Source: Mobula hypostoma
Taxonomy: Eukaryota
Length of the DNA stretch: 64,000 nt
Direction: 5' to 3'
NCBI RefSeq assembly: GCF_963921235.1
Contig: NC_086124.1
Coordinates: forward strand, 16,244,001 to 16,308,000
Shown here: positions 38,130-50,611 of the stretch, piece after piece
Layout: each line of letters starts with the position of its first letter
Numbering within the stretch: the first letter of the stretch is position 1
Notes under the pieces: model-generated
Databases searched by the model: none
Told to the model about the DNA's origin: nothing
Seen by the model: the letters and a program-made list of their open reading frames with translations, nothing else
Made by a program: the position numbers and the translations under genes

Positions 38130-40210
38130 TATCTTGCCTGAAAAATCTTTTAGAATTCTTCGAGGAAGTAACAAGCAGGGCGGACATAGGAGAGGCAGTG
38201 CATATCATTTACTTGGATTTTCAGAAAGCATTTGATAAGGTGCCATATATGAGGTTGCTTAAAGTAAAATTCTACCGGCCTACAGGAAAGATGCTGCATG
38301 GATAGAGGATTGGCTGACAGGCAGGAGGCAGCGAGTGGGAATAAAGGGGGCCTTTTCTGGTTGGCTGCCAGTGACTAGTGGAATTCCTCAGGGGTCAGTA
38401 TTGGAGCTGCTATTTTTTACATTGTTTGTCAATGATTTAGATAATGAATTATGCCTTTCTGGCAAAGTTTGAGGATGATACAAAGATAGGTGGAGGGATA
38501 GGTAGTGCTGAGGAAGCATTGCGATTGCAACAGGACTTAGATTGGAAGAATGGGCAAAAAGGTGGCAGATGGAATACAGTGTCGGGGAATGTATCATAAT
38601 GTATTTTGGTAAAAGAAACAATAGTGCAGACTATTATCTAAATGGGGGAAAAAATTCAAACATCAGAGGTGCAAAGGGACTTTGGAGTCCTTGTACAGGA
38701 CTCCCAGAAGTTAAATTCATAGGATGAGTCTGTGGAAAAGAAGGCGAATGCAATGTTGGCATTTATTTCAAGAGAAATAGAATATAAATACAAGAAGATA
38801 ATGCTGAAGCTTTATAAGACACTAATGAGGCCTCACTTGGAGTATTGTCAACAGTTTTGAGCCCCTTATCGCAGAAAGGACATGTTGTCATTGGAGACAG
38901 TCCAGAGGAGATTCACAAGGATGATTCTGGGAATGAAGGGGATAACATATGAGGAACATTTGGCAGCTTTGGGCCTTTATTCACTGGAATTTAGAAAAAT
39001 GCATGGGATCTCATTGAAACCTACCAAATGTTGAAAGGACCAGATAAGGTGGATGTGGAGAGGATTTTCCCTCTGGTGGGAGAATCCAGAACTGGAGGGC
39101 ACAGCCTCAAAATTGAGGACAACCTTTCAGAACAGAAGTAAGGAGGAATTTTTTAAGCAAAGAGCGGTGAATCTGTGGAATGCTGTGGAACGAACCTTGA
39201 AGCATTGGACACCACCTCACTTTTTAAGTATATATTATTTCTGTTTATTGGCACGATTTTAATCTATTCAATATATTTAATACTGTAATTGATTTAGATT
39301 ATGAAAACACATAGTCCCCTTTTATTGTCATTTAGTAATGCATGCATTAAGAAATGATATATTATTTCCTCTGGTGTTATATCACAAAACACAGGACAAG
39401 CCAAGACTGAAAAAACTGACAAAACCACATAATTATACATATAGTTACAAACAGTGTAACAATACCATAACTTGATGAAGTAAATCCGTGAGCACAGTAA
39501 AGTAAAAAGTTTTTCAAATATCCCACATCTCACGCAGACGGGAGAAGGAAGAAAAACTCTCCCTGCCATGCTGACCACAATCATCCGAAAACTTCGAGCT
39601 CTGATCAGCTCTCCGACACCGAGTACTGAGCGGCATCTCTGCCGAACGATTCAACCTCCTTCTCGGTCGCCAAAAGCAGGTAAGGCCGGGGATTTTGAGG
39701 CCTACCCTCCGAAAGATTCCCGACCACACAGTAACGACAGCAGCGGACGGCATTTCAGAAATTTCTCCAGATGTTCCTCTGCGCTTTCACGTCCATTCTC
39801 CACCAAATCAGAATTGTCCACCGCCCCTATTTAAGAGATACAACATCATTTTTCACCGGAGAGCTGCGCATGCGCGGCGCGCTGCCATCTTCTCCTCCCG
39901 CCGAGTGCTTATTTATTATTATTATTTGTTCTTTTTCTAATATATTATGTATTGCATTAGACTGCTGGTGCTAAGTTAACACATTTCATGACACATGCCG
40001 GTGATAATAAACTTGATTCTGACTCTGAGACTGAGGTGGAGGCCAAATCCGTGGGTATATTTAAAGTGGAAGGTGATAGATTCCTGATTGGTCGGGGCAT
40101 CAAGGGAGATGACGAGAGGGCAGGTGTATGGGGTTGAATGGGATCCGGGATCAGCCATGATGAAATGGTGGAGCAGACCCGATGGATCTGCTCCTATGTC
40201 TTATGGTCTA
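38130..40210 (+). mobile_element. CR1 LINE RT/3' end, interrupted at 39190-40030 by nested insertions
   Basis: YLDFQKAFDKVP-like, PQGSVL and WAKRWQMEYSVGEC. The CR1 3' UTR resumes at ~40031. Confidence 0.85.
39291..39901 (-). mobile_element. Non-autonomous retroelement (~610 bp) with a GC-rich promoter-like head; 5'-truncated second copy at 47300-47695
   Basis: Head gggaggagAAGATGGCagcgcgccGCGCATGCGC. 3' end aatgacaataaaagg..(atctaa)n. The body is shared with 47300-47695. Confidence 0.65.
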
Positions 40211-42043
40211 AAGAAGCATGGCAACATGATCATTAAACTCCCCCCACCGCACAAAAGGCAACAAGAACATCACCCCCCCATACAAAACGTAACAAAAACA
40301 TCAACTTCTAACTACCACTCCCTTGTACAAAGAACATTGACGCCACCCCACCCCCCTCCAACCTCCCTCCCGCACAAAAATCAATGGGAAAGAACAACAC
40401 ACAACATGAAAACCATAAAACTGAAAAGGTCCGTAGTCCAAATCCATAATGCAGAAACTCGGTAACATCATCGAAAGTGGGAGACACCGCTCGATTGTGG
40501 AGGCCTGTCCCCTGGGCATGGTGAAAAGCCATACAGGCTCCTTCTCCGGCAGCGGAGGGATCCCATCAGAGATCAAAAGCTGGGTGGTTGGCGCTGAACC
40601 TTCGCTCGCTTTCCACACTTGCTTCAATGTTGTAATCTTCCTTGACAATGGAAGCTTTAATCGGTGAAATGGAGTCAAACATTGGCTTGTGCTGTCTTAT
40701 AGTTTCAACGTCTCCAGGCCTGTACTCTCTTCCCAGACAGCAAAACAGTCGATCCCCAAACTGTAAATCGCAGGCTCTAACAGATCTAAAATCACAAATG
40801 TAAAAGAGTGAAATAAATAGTTTCATGGTCTATCCGGAAGATGTTAACCAAGGGAGCATTGTATGCAAGTGCCATCATGATGCAGGAAGGCATATCTGGG
40901 TCGGCAAGGCATCATTAAAAGTGTTTGCAAGCACTGGTTCCACGCCACATGCTTCTGCGTTTCTCAGCAGCTACTTTAACACAGATAGCTCTGATAAACA
41001 ATATCAACAGGCATTCCAGATTTGAAATGCTGATATCCAATCCACTTACAACTGGTATTATTACAGATGCTGGAAATATAAAGCAGCACATACAAAGTGC
41101 TAGGGAAATGCAGCAGCTCATTTAAGCAAAGGAATAAACAGTCTACACATATGGTGATAGTTCTCAGCCCAAAACATCGACCGTTTATGCCTCTCCATAG
41201 ATGCTGCCTGACCCACTGAGTTCCTCCATCATTCTGCAGAATAAACCATTTTTCAGTCAATCTGTTTCCAAATAGTCCTGATCTTTCATTTGTAGCCACA
41301 TCCTCTAGTTTGATTCCTTCCTCCTCTTTCCTAAAGCTCGAGCTTCCAACTCTTTCTGGAGCCCAAAAGCCCTGAATCGTCTGGCTCCTCTTTGGTTTGC
41401 GAACCTGCTCCAGTGAAGATTTGCTATCATTCTGCTCTCATACTTTTGAGAAGTGTTGTGAATTTGAATAACCCAGCTGTGTGAGGTACAACCTTTGAAA
41501 TCAGTGAAAATGACCCAAAATGTGGGAAAGAGCAGGGAAGAAGTTTGGGGAGGAACCAACCATGACATTCTTCCTTGGCCCAGAGCCCTGAGGAACGAGG
41601 CATATTTGGGACTAATTCACAGTGAGCTCATCATCTTGGTCCGTTTGCAGGAAGTCATCGAGGAAATTCAAAGAAACCTCTTCACCCACAGTTGTAACCC
41701 GTCATCACAAGGAGAGCAAGGGGTGAACGGCAGGGGTGGGTTTAAAAGCACTGATATTGAAGAAAACACAAGCAGGGTCCAGCTGGACTGAGCGGCCTCT
41801 TTAATATACCCTGGATGCAAGCACCTGAGACACATGATTTGAAAAAGAATTCACTTACTTGCATAGATCCATATCATTAATCACCAGGTTAATTTCAGGC
41901 TAACATCAGCAGAGCAGACTCTTCAAAGCTCAGTCCTGGGTGTGATGAACAGCTGCAAGAACCGGAGAATCTAATGTTAACAATTAGTCGGGAACTTGCA
42001 ACTGGATGCTGCTACTATGATGATTAAAATTTTAACATAAAGC

Positions 42044-42430
42044 TTATTTGAACTTCCTCCCTGATGTGAAGTTGCTGGTGTTACAACAGTTGGGATGATT
42101 GAGTAAATTTCTTTGCACACTCAGGACAGAAGTGTGGCCTCTACTTACTATGAACTGCTTGGAGCCACACATGCTGGAATAATTGAATGAAACCCTTCCC
42201 ACACTCAGAACAGGTGTACAGCAGCTCCCCTGTGTGAACTCTGGTATTTCTGTGGATTGAAGTCTTGGATGAATTCCTTCCCACACTCGGAGCAGGTGAT
42301 TGGCCTCTCCCCGGTGCGAATTTGCTGGTGTGTCTGCAGGTGCAATGGCCTAGCGAGTCCCTTCCAAAATGAGAACCAATGAATGACATCTCACTGCTAT
42401 CAACTCTATGGCCATTCAGCAAGTCAAATC
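42044..42430 (-). pseudogene. Degenerate C2H2 ZNF remnant (unit D)
   Basis: RVHTGELLYTCSECGKGF with frameshifts. Shares the 3' lesions of unit A. Conserved 3' UTR/spacer at 40880-42040. Confidence 0.85.
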
Positions 42431-43291
42431 ACGGATGTGTCCACATATTCCTGTTCTTGCTGTGATTGATGTGTTGCCTTTTCAGGAATCTGCTTTACAT
42501 TTAAGGAACAGTGGCATTCATGTGCTGTTGAACTGACAGGCACAGCAGGACTGACGTGCTGCTGTGTTTGAGATTCCCATAAACAAAATCCTTTGCTCTC
42601 TGTTTTGCTTTTATTCTATCTTTGACTTCTCTCATCAGCCATGGTTGCCTCATCTTCCCTTCAGAATACTTCATCTTTGGGATGTATTTGTCCTGCACCT
42701 CCCAAATTACTCCCAGAAACTCCAGCCATTTGCTGTTCTGCTGCCATTCTTATCCAATCAACTTTGGCCAGCTTCTCTCTCATGTCTCTGTAATTCCCTT
42801 CACTCCACTGTAATAATGATACACCTGATTTGTGCTTCTCTCTCACAAACTGCAGGATAAATTCTAGAATATTACAATCACTGCTTCTTAAGGATCCCTT
42901 TACCTGAAGCTCCCTAATCCAACCTGTTTCATTACAAACACCCAATCCAGAATTGCCTTTCACTGATCTATTCTAATAAGCCATCATGCAGGCATTCAGC
43001 AAATTCCCTTCTTGGGGGTCCAGCACGATCCTGATTTTCCCAATCTACCTGCATCTTGAAATTCACTATGACTATCGCAACATTGCCCTTTTTAAATAAC
43101 TACAATCCCATTGTAAATTTCACCCCACATCCCGGCAACTGTTTTTAGTCCATCAGAGTCTTTTGACCCTTGTAGTTCCTTCACTCTCCCCACAAGGATT
43201 CGATACCTTCTGATCACGTGTCGCCTCTTGCTAAGGATTTCATCTTTACCAACAGAACCAACCTACCCACCTGCCTCCTTGACTTTCCTTT

Positions 43292-45132
43292 CAATATATA
43301 TTAATGACTTGGATGAGCGAATTAAATGCAGCATCTCCAAGTTTGCGGATGACACGAAGCTGGGTGGCAGTGTTAGCAGTGAGGAGGATGCTAAGAGGAT
43401 GCAGGGTGACTTGGATAGGTTGGGTGAGTGGGCAAACTCATGGCAGATGCAATTTAATGTGGATAAATGTGAAGTTATCCACTTTGGTGGCAAAAATAGG
43501 AAAACAGATTATTATCTGAATGGTGGCCAATTAGGAAAAGGGGAGGTGCAACGAGACCTGGGTGTCATTTGTTACGTACCCCGTAACTGGGTTGCCAAAC
43601 CAGCAGAAATGGATCACTCAGTTGGAGTCTGGAGTACTAGAACTAAGAAAGTTTTATTAAAGAAACAAGCAACACATTAATCGAAAGGATAATAAATGCA
43701 ACAGTTCAGCGATGATAAACGCACATGTGCACAGAATTAAGATAACAGCATCAATCAAGCTATCGTTGTCTAGGGGTAAATGACCAATTTCAAAATGACT
43801 CAAAGTTCAGTCCAGTTTAGTAGTTCAGTTCGCAGTAATCGTTGCCATGGCGGTGGACAAGGTGGGGGAAGAGAGACACAGAATAGGAACAACTCATCAT
43901 TCAGCACAGCTTCACTCACAGACCAGCGAGATGGCTCACAAACAGCATTTGGGCGGGTCCTTGGTGATGTCACCTGAGGTCACCGACTGTGACCCCTCCT
44001 CCAGATGCGGTCGATCCTCTGCAGTGAACCCGGCACCCAGGCAAGGGCGGACACACACCGGGTTCCCGCTGATCGTACCTTTCCACCCTTGTCGTTGTCT
44101 GGTACTTCTCACCCACTCGTGGGAAGCGCACCGCTTCCAGGGTCTCGTTACCTCGGGTGGCGTGTGTGTCTGTCTTAGCGAACCTGTCCCTTTTTATCCC
44201 CCTGCTGGGGTATCGCCTGTCCATCACTTCAAACAGTTCAGGGTTCAAAGGGGGGAGCCGCTCCAGACAGCTCTCCCTCCCACATCCCTTCATTACACAT
44301 CTCCAGACGCTGCTCCATTGTTCCTTATCTCTCCTTCCCCTGAGGGCAGGTGGCAGACCAACTGCTGATGCCACTGATGCTAGCCCAGGCCAGCAAACAT
44401 CTTAATTTTATGTGTATTCTCGTAACACATTATACACCAGTCATTGAAAGTGGGCATGCAGGTACAGCAGGCGGTGAAAAAGGCGAACGGTATGCTGGCA
44501 TTTATAGCGAGAGAATTCGAGTACAGGAGCAGGGAGGTACTACTGCAGTTGTACAAGGCCTTGGTGAGACCACACCTGGAGTACTGTGTGCAGTTTTGGT
44601 CCCCTAATCTGAGGAAAGACATCCTTGCCATAGAGGGAGTACAAAGAAGGTTCACCAGATTGATTCCTGGGATGGCAGGTCTTTCATATGAAGAAAGACA
44701 GGATGAACTGGGTTTGTACTCGTTGGAATTTAGAAGATTGAGGGGGGATCTGATTGAAACGTATAAGATCCTAAAGGGATTGGACAGGCTAGATGCGGGA
44801 AGATTGTTCCCGATGTTGGGGAGGTCCAGAACGAGGGGTCACAGTTTGAGGATAGAGGGGAAGCCTTTTAGGACCGAGATTAGGAAAAACTTCACACAGA
44901 GAGTGGTGAATCTGTGGAATTCTCTGCCACAGCAAACTGTTGAGGCCAGTTCATTGGCTATGTTTAAGAGGGAGTTAGATATGGCCCTTGTGGCTACAGG
45001 GGTCAGGGGGTATGGAGGGAAGGCTGGGGTGGGGTTCTGAGTTGGATGATCAGCCATGATCATAATAAATGGCGGTGCAGGCTCGAAGGGCCGAATGGCC
45101 TACTCCTGCACCTATTTTCTATGTTTCTATGT
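43292..45132 (+). mobile_element. Young 5'-truncated CR1, same subfamily as 1-2770, split by a solo LTR
   Basis: IYINDLDE..SKFADDTKLGG and LQLYKALVRPHLEYCVQFWSP; (ttctatgt)n tail. Nearly identical to the reverse complement of 1-520. Confidence 0.95.
43570..44427 (-). mobile_element. Solo LTR (858 bp), Gypsy-type, 4-bp TSD CATT
   Basis: TGTTACG...CGTAACA termini; catt at 43566-43569 and 44428-44431. The empty site is visible in the CR1 copy at ~235-257. AATAAA on the minus strand at ~43653. Confidence 0.92.
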
Positions 45133-45200
45133 TAATACAATGTTTATTTATCCTTAGATGTTAAACTCCCAACTATGATCTTCTTTCAGCCATGACTCAG

Positions 45201-45674
45201 TGTTACATACCTCATGGATATCTTGTGACTGTCTTATGACCATGATGTCATGGTTTTTTTTTTGTTGGAGATCACATGATGCAATTTTCCCACCAATGTG
45301 AGGTCACATGATGATCTATTCTCAACAGGTATATAAAAGGGAGACCCCAGTGACGCAGTTTAGTTTTCCAGTTAGAACGTCAGCCAGAGATTCTGTTCCG
45401 TTGCGTATTTGCTTTATGACACAGTTTCAATTTAAAACAGAGTTTTACTTTCTATTGTAAGGTACAATAGTGTTGGACTGGCAGTTTGCCCATTTCTGCC
45501 AGATTTGTTGATGTACCTTTTCAGTGGCGGTTTGTAGAATGGCCACATAACAGTTAATTTCCGGTTAAGGTTTTCGTTTGATTTTTTTTATTGTTTATCA
45601 ATGTTTAATAAATGTGTGGTTTATTTTTATACAACCTGACTCCGTTGATATTCATTGTTGCTGGTTACGTAACA
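45201..45674 (+). mobile_element. Solo LTR (474 bp), 4-bp TSD TCAG
   Basis: TGTTAC...GTAACA termini; tcag at 45197-45200 and 45675-45678. TATAAAA at ~45332 and AATAAA at ~45607. Confidence 0.9.
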
Positions 45675-46539
45675 TCAGTAATTCTCACAGTCATAACCGC
45701 CAATTTCCAATTGTATACAAGATAATTTAACTTATTCCGTAAACTGAGTGCACTCAAACACAACACCTTCAGTTCTGTATTCATCACCCTTTCTGAGTTT
45801 GCACTTATGTAACACTTCCACTCATCCCACTGACTCCAGATTTATCCAGTCATCTGCCTATTCTTCCTCACAGGCCCACTACACACCTTGTCTTCTTGTA
45901 TCCTGACTGCACCATCTTCAACAGCATCACTCCGGTTCCCATTCCCCTGCCTATTAGTTTAAATCCTCCACAAGAACTCTAGCAAAATTGCCCGCAACAA
46001 TATTGGTCTCCCATGAATTCAGCTGTAACCTATCCTATTTGTGCAGGACAGACCTTCCCCATAAGAGATCCCAATGGTTGAAAAATCCAAAAACCTGTCT
46101 GGTGCACTAATTCTTCAGCCAAATCATCCTACGCTAATCCTCATTGGCATGTGGCACAGGCAACAATCCAGGGCCAGCTTGAAGGGCCGAGTGGCCTATT
46201 CCTGTTTTTCAGCCTCCTCTAAGTGAAGATGAGGGTTTGAAGAGATTCAAACAACAGGAATTCTGCAGATGCTGGAAATTCAAGCAACACACATCAAAGT
46301 TGCTGGTGAACGCAGCAGGCCAGGCAGCATCTCTAGGAAGAGGTACAGTCGACGTTTCAGGCCGAGACCCTTCGTCAGTCAGGGAGATGCTGCCTGGCCT
46401 GCTGTGTTCACCAGCAACTTTGATGTGTGTTGTTTGGAGAGATTGGTGGGCAGAATGGCCTATCCCGAGGAAAGGCTGGCTGTGGAGGTAATTAAATGTG
46501 ATACACCCATCCCTGGATTTCCTGAGTCACCCTGCACCC

Positions 46540-48360
46540 TGGATTTGTGAAGGAAGGCAAATGCAATGTCAGCATTCATTTCAAGTGGACCAGAATATAA
46601 CAACAAGGATGTATTGCTGAGGCTTTATAAGACATTGGTTGGACTGCACCTGGAGCAACATGAGCTGTTTTGGCCCCTTGCCCAAGAAAAGATGTGTTGG
46701 CATTGGAGAGGGTCCAGAAGAGGTTTACAAAAATAATTCTGGGAATAAAAAGGTTAAAGTATAAGGAGCTTTTGATGGCTCTGGGTCTGTACTCGCTGAA
46801 CTTTAGAATAATGTTGGGGGAGCTCATTGAAACCTATCAAATATTGAAAACTGAGAGAGTGAATCTGGAGAGAATGATTCCTATAATGGAGGAGCAGAGG
46901 GCACAGCCTCAGAATAGAGGGACATCTATTTAGAAAAGAGATGAGGGGCAAATTCTTCAGGCAGATGATGGTGAATCTGTGAATCTCGCATAATGTCAAT
47001 AAGACCAAGGAACTAATTGTGGACTGCAGGAGAGGGATACCAGGGGTCCATCAGCCAGTAATCATTGGAGGATCAGAGGTGGAGAGGGTCAGTTACTTTC
47101 AATTCCTGGGTGTCACTATCTCAGAGGACCTGTCCTGGACCCATCATATAAATATCATTGTGAAGAAAGCACAACAGTGCCTCTACTTCCTTAGGAGCCT
47201 GGTGGGGTTGGGCATGTAATCAAAAACCTGGGCAAACCTCTATAGGTATCTGGTGGAAAGTGTGCTGACTGGCTGCATTACGGCCTAGTTTGCGAACATT
47301 CAGATTTAGATTTAGATTATGAAGACACGCAGTCCTCTTTTATTGTCATTTAGTAATGCATGCATTAAGAAATGATACAATTTGTTTCTCCAGAATGATA
47401 TTATAGAAACACAAGACAAACCAAGACTAAAATAACTGACAAAAAAACACATAATTATAACATATAGTTACAACAGTGCAAAGCAATACCATAATTTGAT
47501 GAAGAACAGACCATGGGCACGTAAAAAAAAGTCTCAAAGTCTCTCGAAAGTCCCATCATCTCACGCAGACGGTTGAAGGGAGAAACTCTCCCTGCCATGA
47601 GCTTCCAGCACCGCAAACTTGCAAATGCAGTATCCTGGAAGCACCCCGACCACAGTCCGACTCTGAGTCCGTCCGAAAACTTCGAACCTCTGACCAGTGC
47701 CTTTGAGCAGAAAACCCTACAAATGGTAATGGATTCAGCCCAGTATATCACAGGTAAAGCCCTCGCAGCCATTGAGCACATCTACATGAAACATTACTAT
47801 AGAAAAGCACAATCTATCATCAGATCCTCACCACCCAGGCCATGCTCTTTCCTCACCACTGCCATCAGGTAGAAAGTACAAGTGGCTCAGGACTCGCAAC
47901 ACCAGGTTCAAGAACAGTTACTGCCCCTTAACCATCAAGCTCTGAAACAAAAGGGGAAAGCTACACCCATTTAAGGACTCTGTTATATTGTTACTTCATT
48001 CTGGTTATTTATTCCTATTTATTTATATCTGCATTTTCATAGTTTGTTTACAGTTTACAGTTACTGTTTTATAGATTTGCTATGAATGCCCTCAGAAAAG
48101 GAATCTCAGGGTTGTACGTGGTGACATGTATGTACTTTACTGCATGCATTTTACTTTGAACTTCGGAATTCATTACCACGGATGTTGATAGAGGCCAAAT
48201 CTTTGTATAGATTTAAAGCATATCTTGATATGTTTTTGATGAGTCAGAGCATCAAAGGTTCGGAGGAGAAGGCAAGAGAATGGGGTTGAGAGGGATAATA
48301 AATCAGCGTGTTGGAATGGTAGAACAGACTCAAGGGGCTGAATGTTCTGTATGTCTGAGA
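46540..48360 (+). mobile_element. CR1 3' fragment interrupted by a Rex1-like fragment (46990-48160)
   Basis: KDVLALERVQKRFTK; EVERVSYFQFLGVTISEDLSWT..KAQQCLYFLR. Confidence 0.8.
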
Positions 48361-48534
48361 CTCTATAGTAATAAATTTAAAATATGGTGGAATTGGTAGA
48401 CAGTTGGTTTATGATATGCTAGAGCACACACACACGAAAATATTAACATCCTCAATCCAGTCAGTGTCCATGCAGGTACCAATGACAAAGGTATGAATTG
48501 AATAAATAAGTGAATTGACAAGGTAGGAAGAGTG

Positions 48535-50610
48535 TGTAATAGTTACCGCCCCCGTCTGTATGTGACTTGAGTGGGTTCCCTCCCCGGGTTTTGTACTTGT
48601 CACAGTAAAGATGTCAGTTGAGATAAACGTGTTTTTGCATGGACCGAATGCTCACCACCTTGGTGTTTGGATTAGGATTGGAAATTAACGGCGAGATTGA
48701 AGAACTACAACGCTGGATGGAGCGCCCTAAAACCTGGGGAATAAGTGGAGGGACCCAGCAGTATGCCTCCCCCGCACACCCGAGCCGAGCTCCCGAAGAC
48801 AGGACGCTGACCTGGAGGGAGAACCTGGGAACCAAGAATCGTGCCTTTCCAGGGCGAGTGTATTCAGTCTCCAACAGCACAGGGGACAGAGTGGAGAGCA
48901 TCATCCACCTCTCTCGTGGCCCAAACCGGGGAACATAAGGTTGACCGCAGCCATGGAAGGACGGGCAACAAGGCAGGCACCACCGACACAGCTGGAGCAA
49001 GAGGAAGACTAACGGGCCTCAGTAATTCACACCGAAGCTTCCCAGATACAATGGTGCCAGCCGCCTGGAGCTTTACCTGGCGCAAGTCAAACTTACCTTT
49101 CGGCACAACGGGTGGAGCACCACAGAGACGGCGGTGCGCCTTGACCTGACACTGGAGCCCAAGCTTGTGTCGCCGAGGCAGAGGAAGAAACTGACGAGGA
49201 GGAGCCCACGAGACTGGTCCGACCAGCGCTGCGCCTGGCTTTTCCCGCCGCGTGCCACGGTGCGATCTTTGCTACCGGCGTGGCGAGGCCAGGCCACTTG
49301 GGCCGGGACTGTCCCGCACCGGCGTAGCCATCGGGAAACACCAAGGGGAGGGCACCACCCGAGATCTCGAATCTCTCCGTTGTCGCCTCTGCGGGTGGGC
49401 CGCTTGGATAAAGAGCATGACTTGGACTGCGTAGAGGGCATCAGCTGCCGTGCGTTGGTGGACATGGGGTCACCCATCACCATCATCCGTCCTAGTGTCC
49501 TCCCCAATACAGTCCAGCCATCCCCGCCTGGTTGGACAACGACGGCGGTCCAGCTGACTGGTGCCTGTGAGGCGATGAGAGGGAAGAGACGGCTGCGCAT
49601 CGCAGTGGGTAAAAAGATAGTGGAGCACGAGATGGCCTTGACCTGCTGGCCCTTGTGGGTGTGCCAGAGCAACACCCACCTCGACGCTGAAGCCGTGGCT
49701 CTCCGGCGGGGCGGCTCCAGGAAGCGGACCAGGCGGGCGCTGCATCGATCACCACGGTCTTACAGTGGCCCACCGCAGTGCAGCGCACCCCAGAGTTCAA
49801 AGCAACACAGCGGAACCAGGGGCAAGCGGTGGTGGCGGCGCTTCAGATGGCAGCCATCGGCGAGGTAGACCTCTCCAGTATTGACCAGCAGTGACCAATT
49901 CCATGCTGTCCCATGTGAGGGGGGTGGCTGTGCGTGGGACAGCTTCCGGAGTGGGCAGAGGTCTCCGCCATGGATTCAGGGACTCTGAGTGGGGCAGGCT
50001 GGATATATGTTACAGGTTGCTGTTCCAGCCATAGCAGTTTTCCGACAACGGCAGACATCTCTTGCAGTGGGTGGTCCCCCGACAGCTCCACGCCATGGTG
50101 CTGCGGTCGAGGTACAGGCTGGTGGGAGCCGGCCATTTCGGGGTCGCAAAGACGTTGGGCAAGCTGCGCCAATGCAGCAATACCTGGTGGAGGCCATTAT
50201 GGAGCTGCTGCCCCACCCGGAAGAAGGCGCTATTCCCCAAGCTTGGAAGCCGTTGGAAACGACCGGGAGAGGTACTCGACCTAATCTCTGATGTGATATA
50301 CCGGGTGTGGTTGCCTGAGAGACGAAAGGCAGTCGTGCTACATGGGGAGCGGCTGGCACCGTATCGGCTCTCGGCTACCACCGACCCAGTGAGGCTGAAG
50401 GAAGGAAGTGACACTGCGGTGTCCTGCCTCTCGCCTCATCAAATAATGCCTCCAGTCAGTTCGGAGGGTGGGGAGGGGCTACAGACACCCACAACGCCTC
50501 AGATAGCGGCGTTGACCACCACCAGGACTTTTGGATTTTGTTGTTGACTCTGAGGTTACTGAGGACAGCTGACCCCTCAGGTGAGGGGCAATGTGGCGCT
50601 TTGGAGGGCG
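48535..50610 (+). mobile_element. Internally deleted, decayed Gypsy-type LTR retrotransposon (gag knuckle, protease and integrase remnants)
   Basis: Decayed CCHC near 49265-49315. Protease-like ALVDMGSPITII. Integrase VVPRQLH..GHFGVAKT and KL..RW..P.EVLD.ISDVIYRV..VVLH..RLAPY. PBS-like tggtg at 48661. Polypurine tract then TGTGGCG at ~50592. Confidence 0.8.
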
Positions 50611-50611
50611 G

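Larger units (their letters stand above)
42596..46160 (-). mobile_element. Old CR1 5'/endonuclease portion hosting three nested insertions
   Basis: ELQVKGSLRSSDCNILEF and QDKYIPKM..RQPWL. The sequence continues across 43290-45132 and 45201-45674. Confidence 0.75.

Noticed and set aside
43847-44374. ORFs on both strands at 43.8-44.4 kb
   Set aside because: They lie inside a solo LTR and have no protein motifs.
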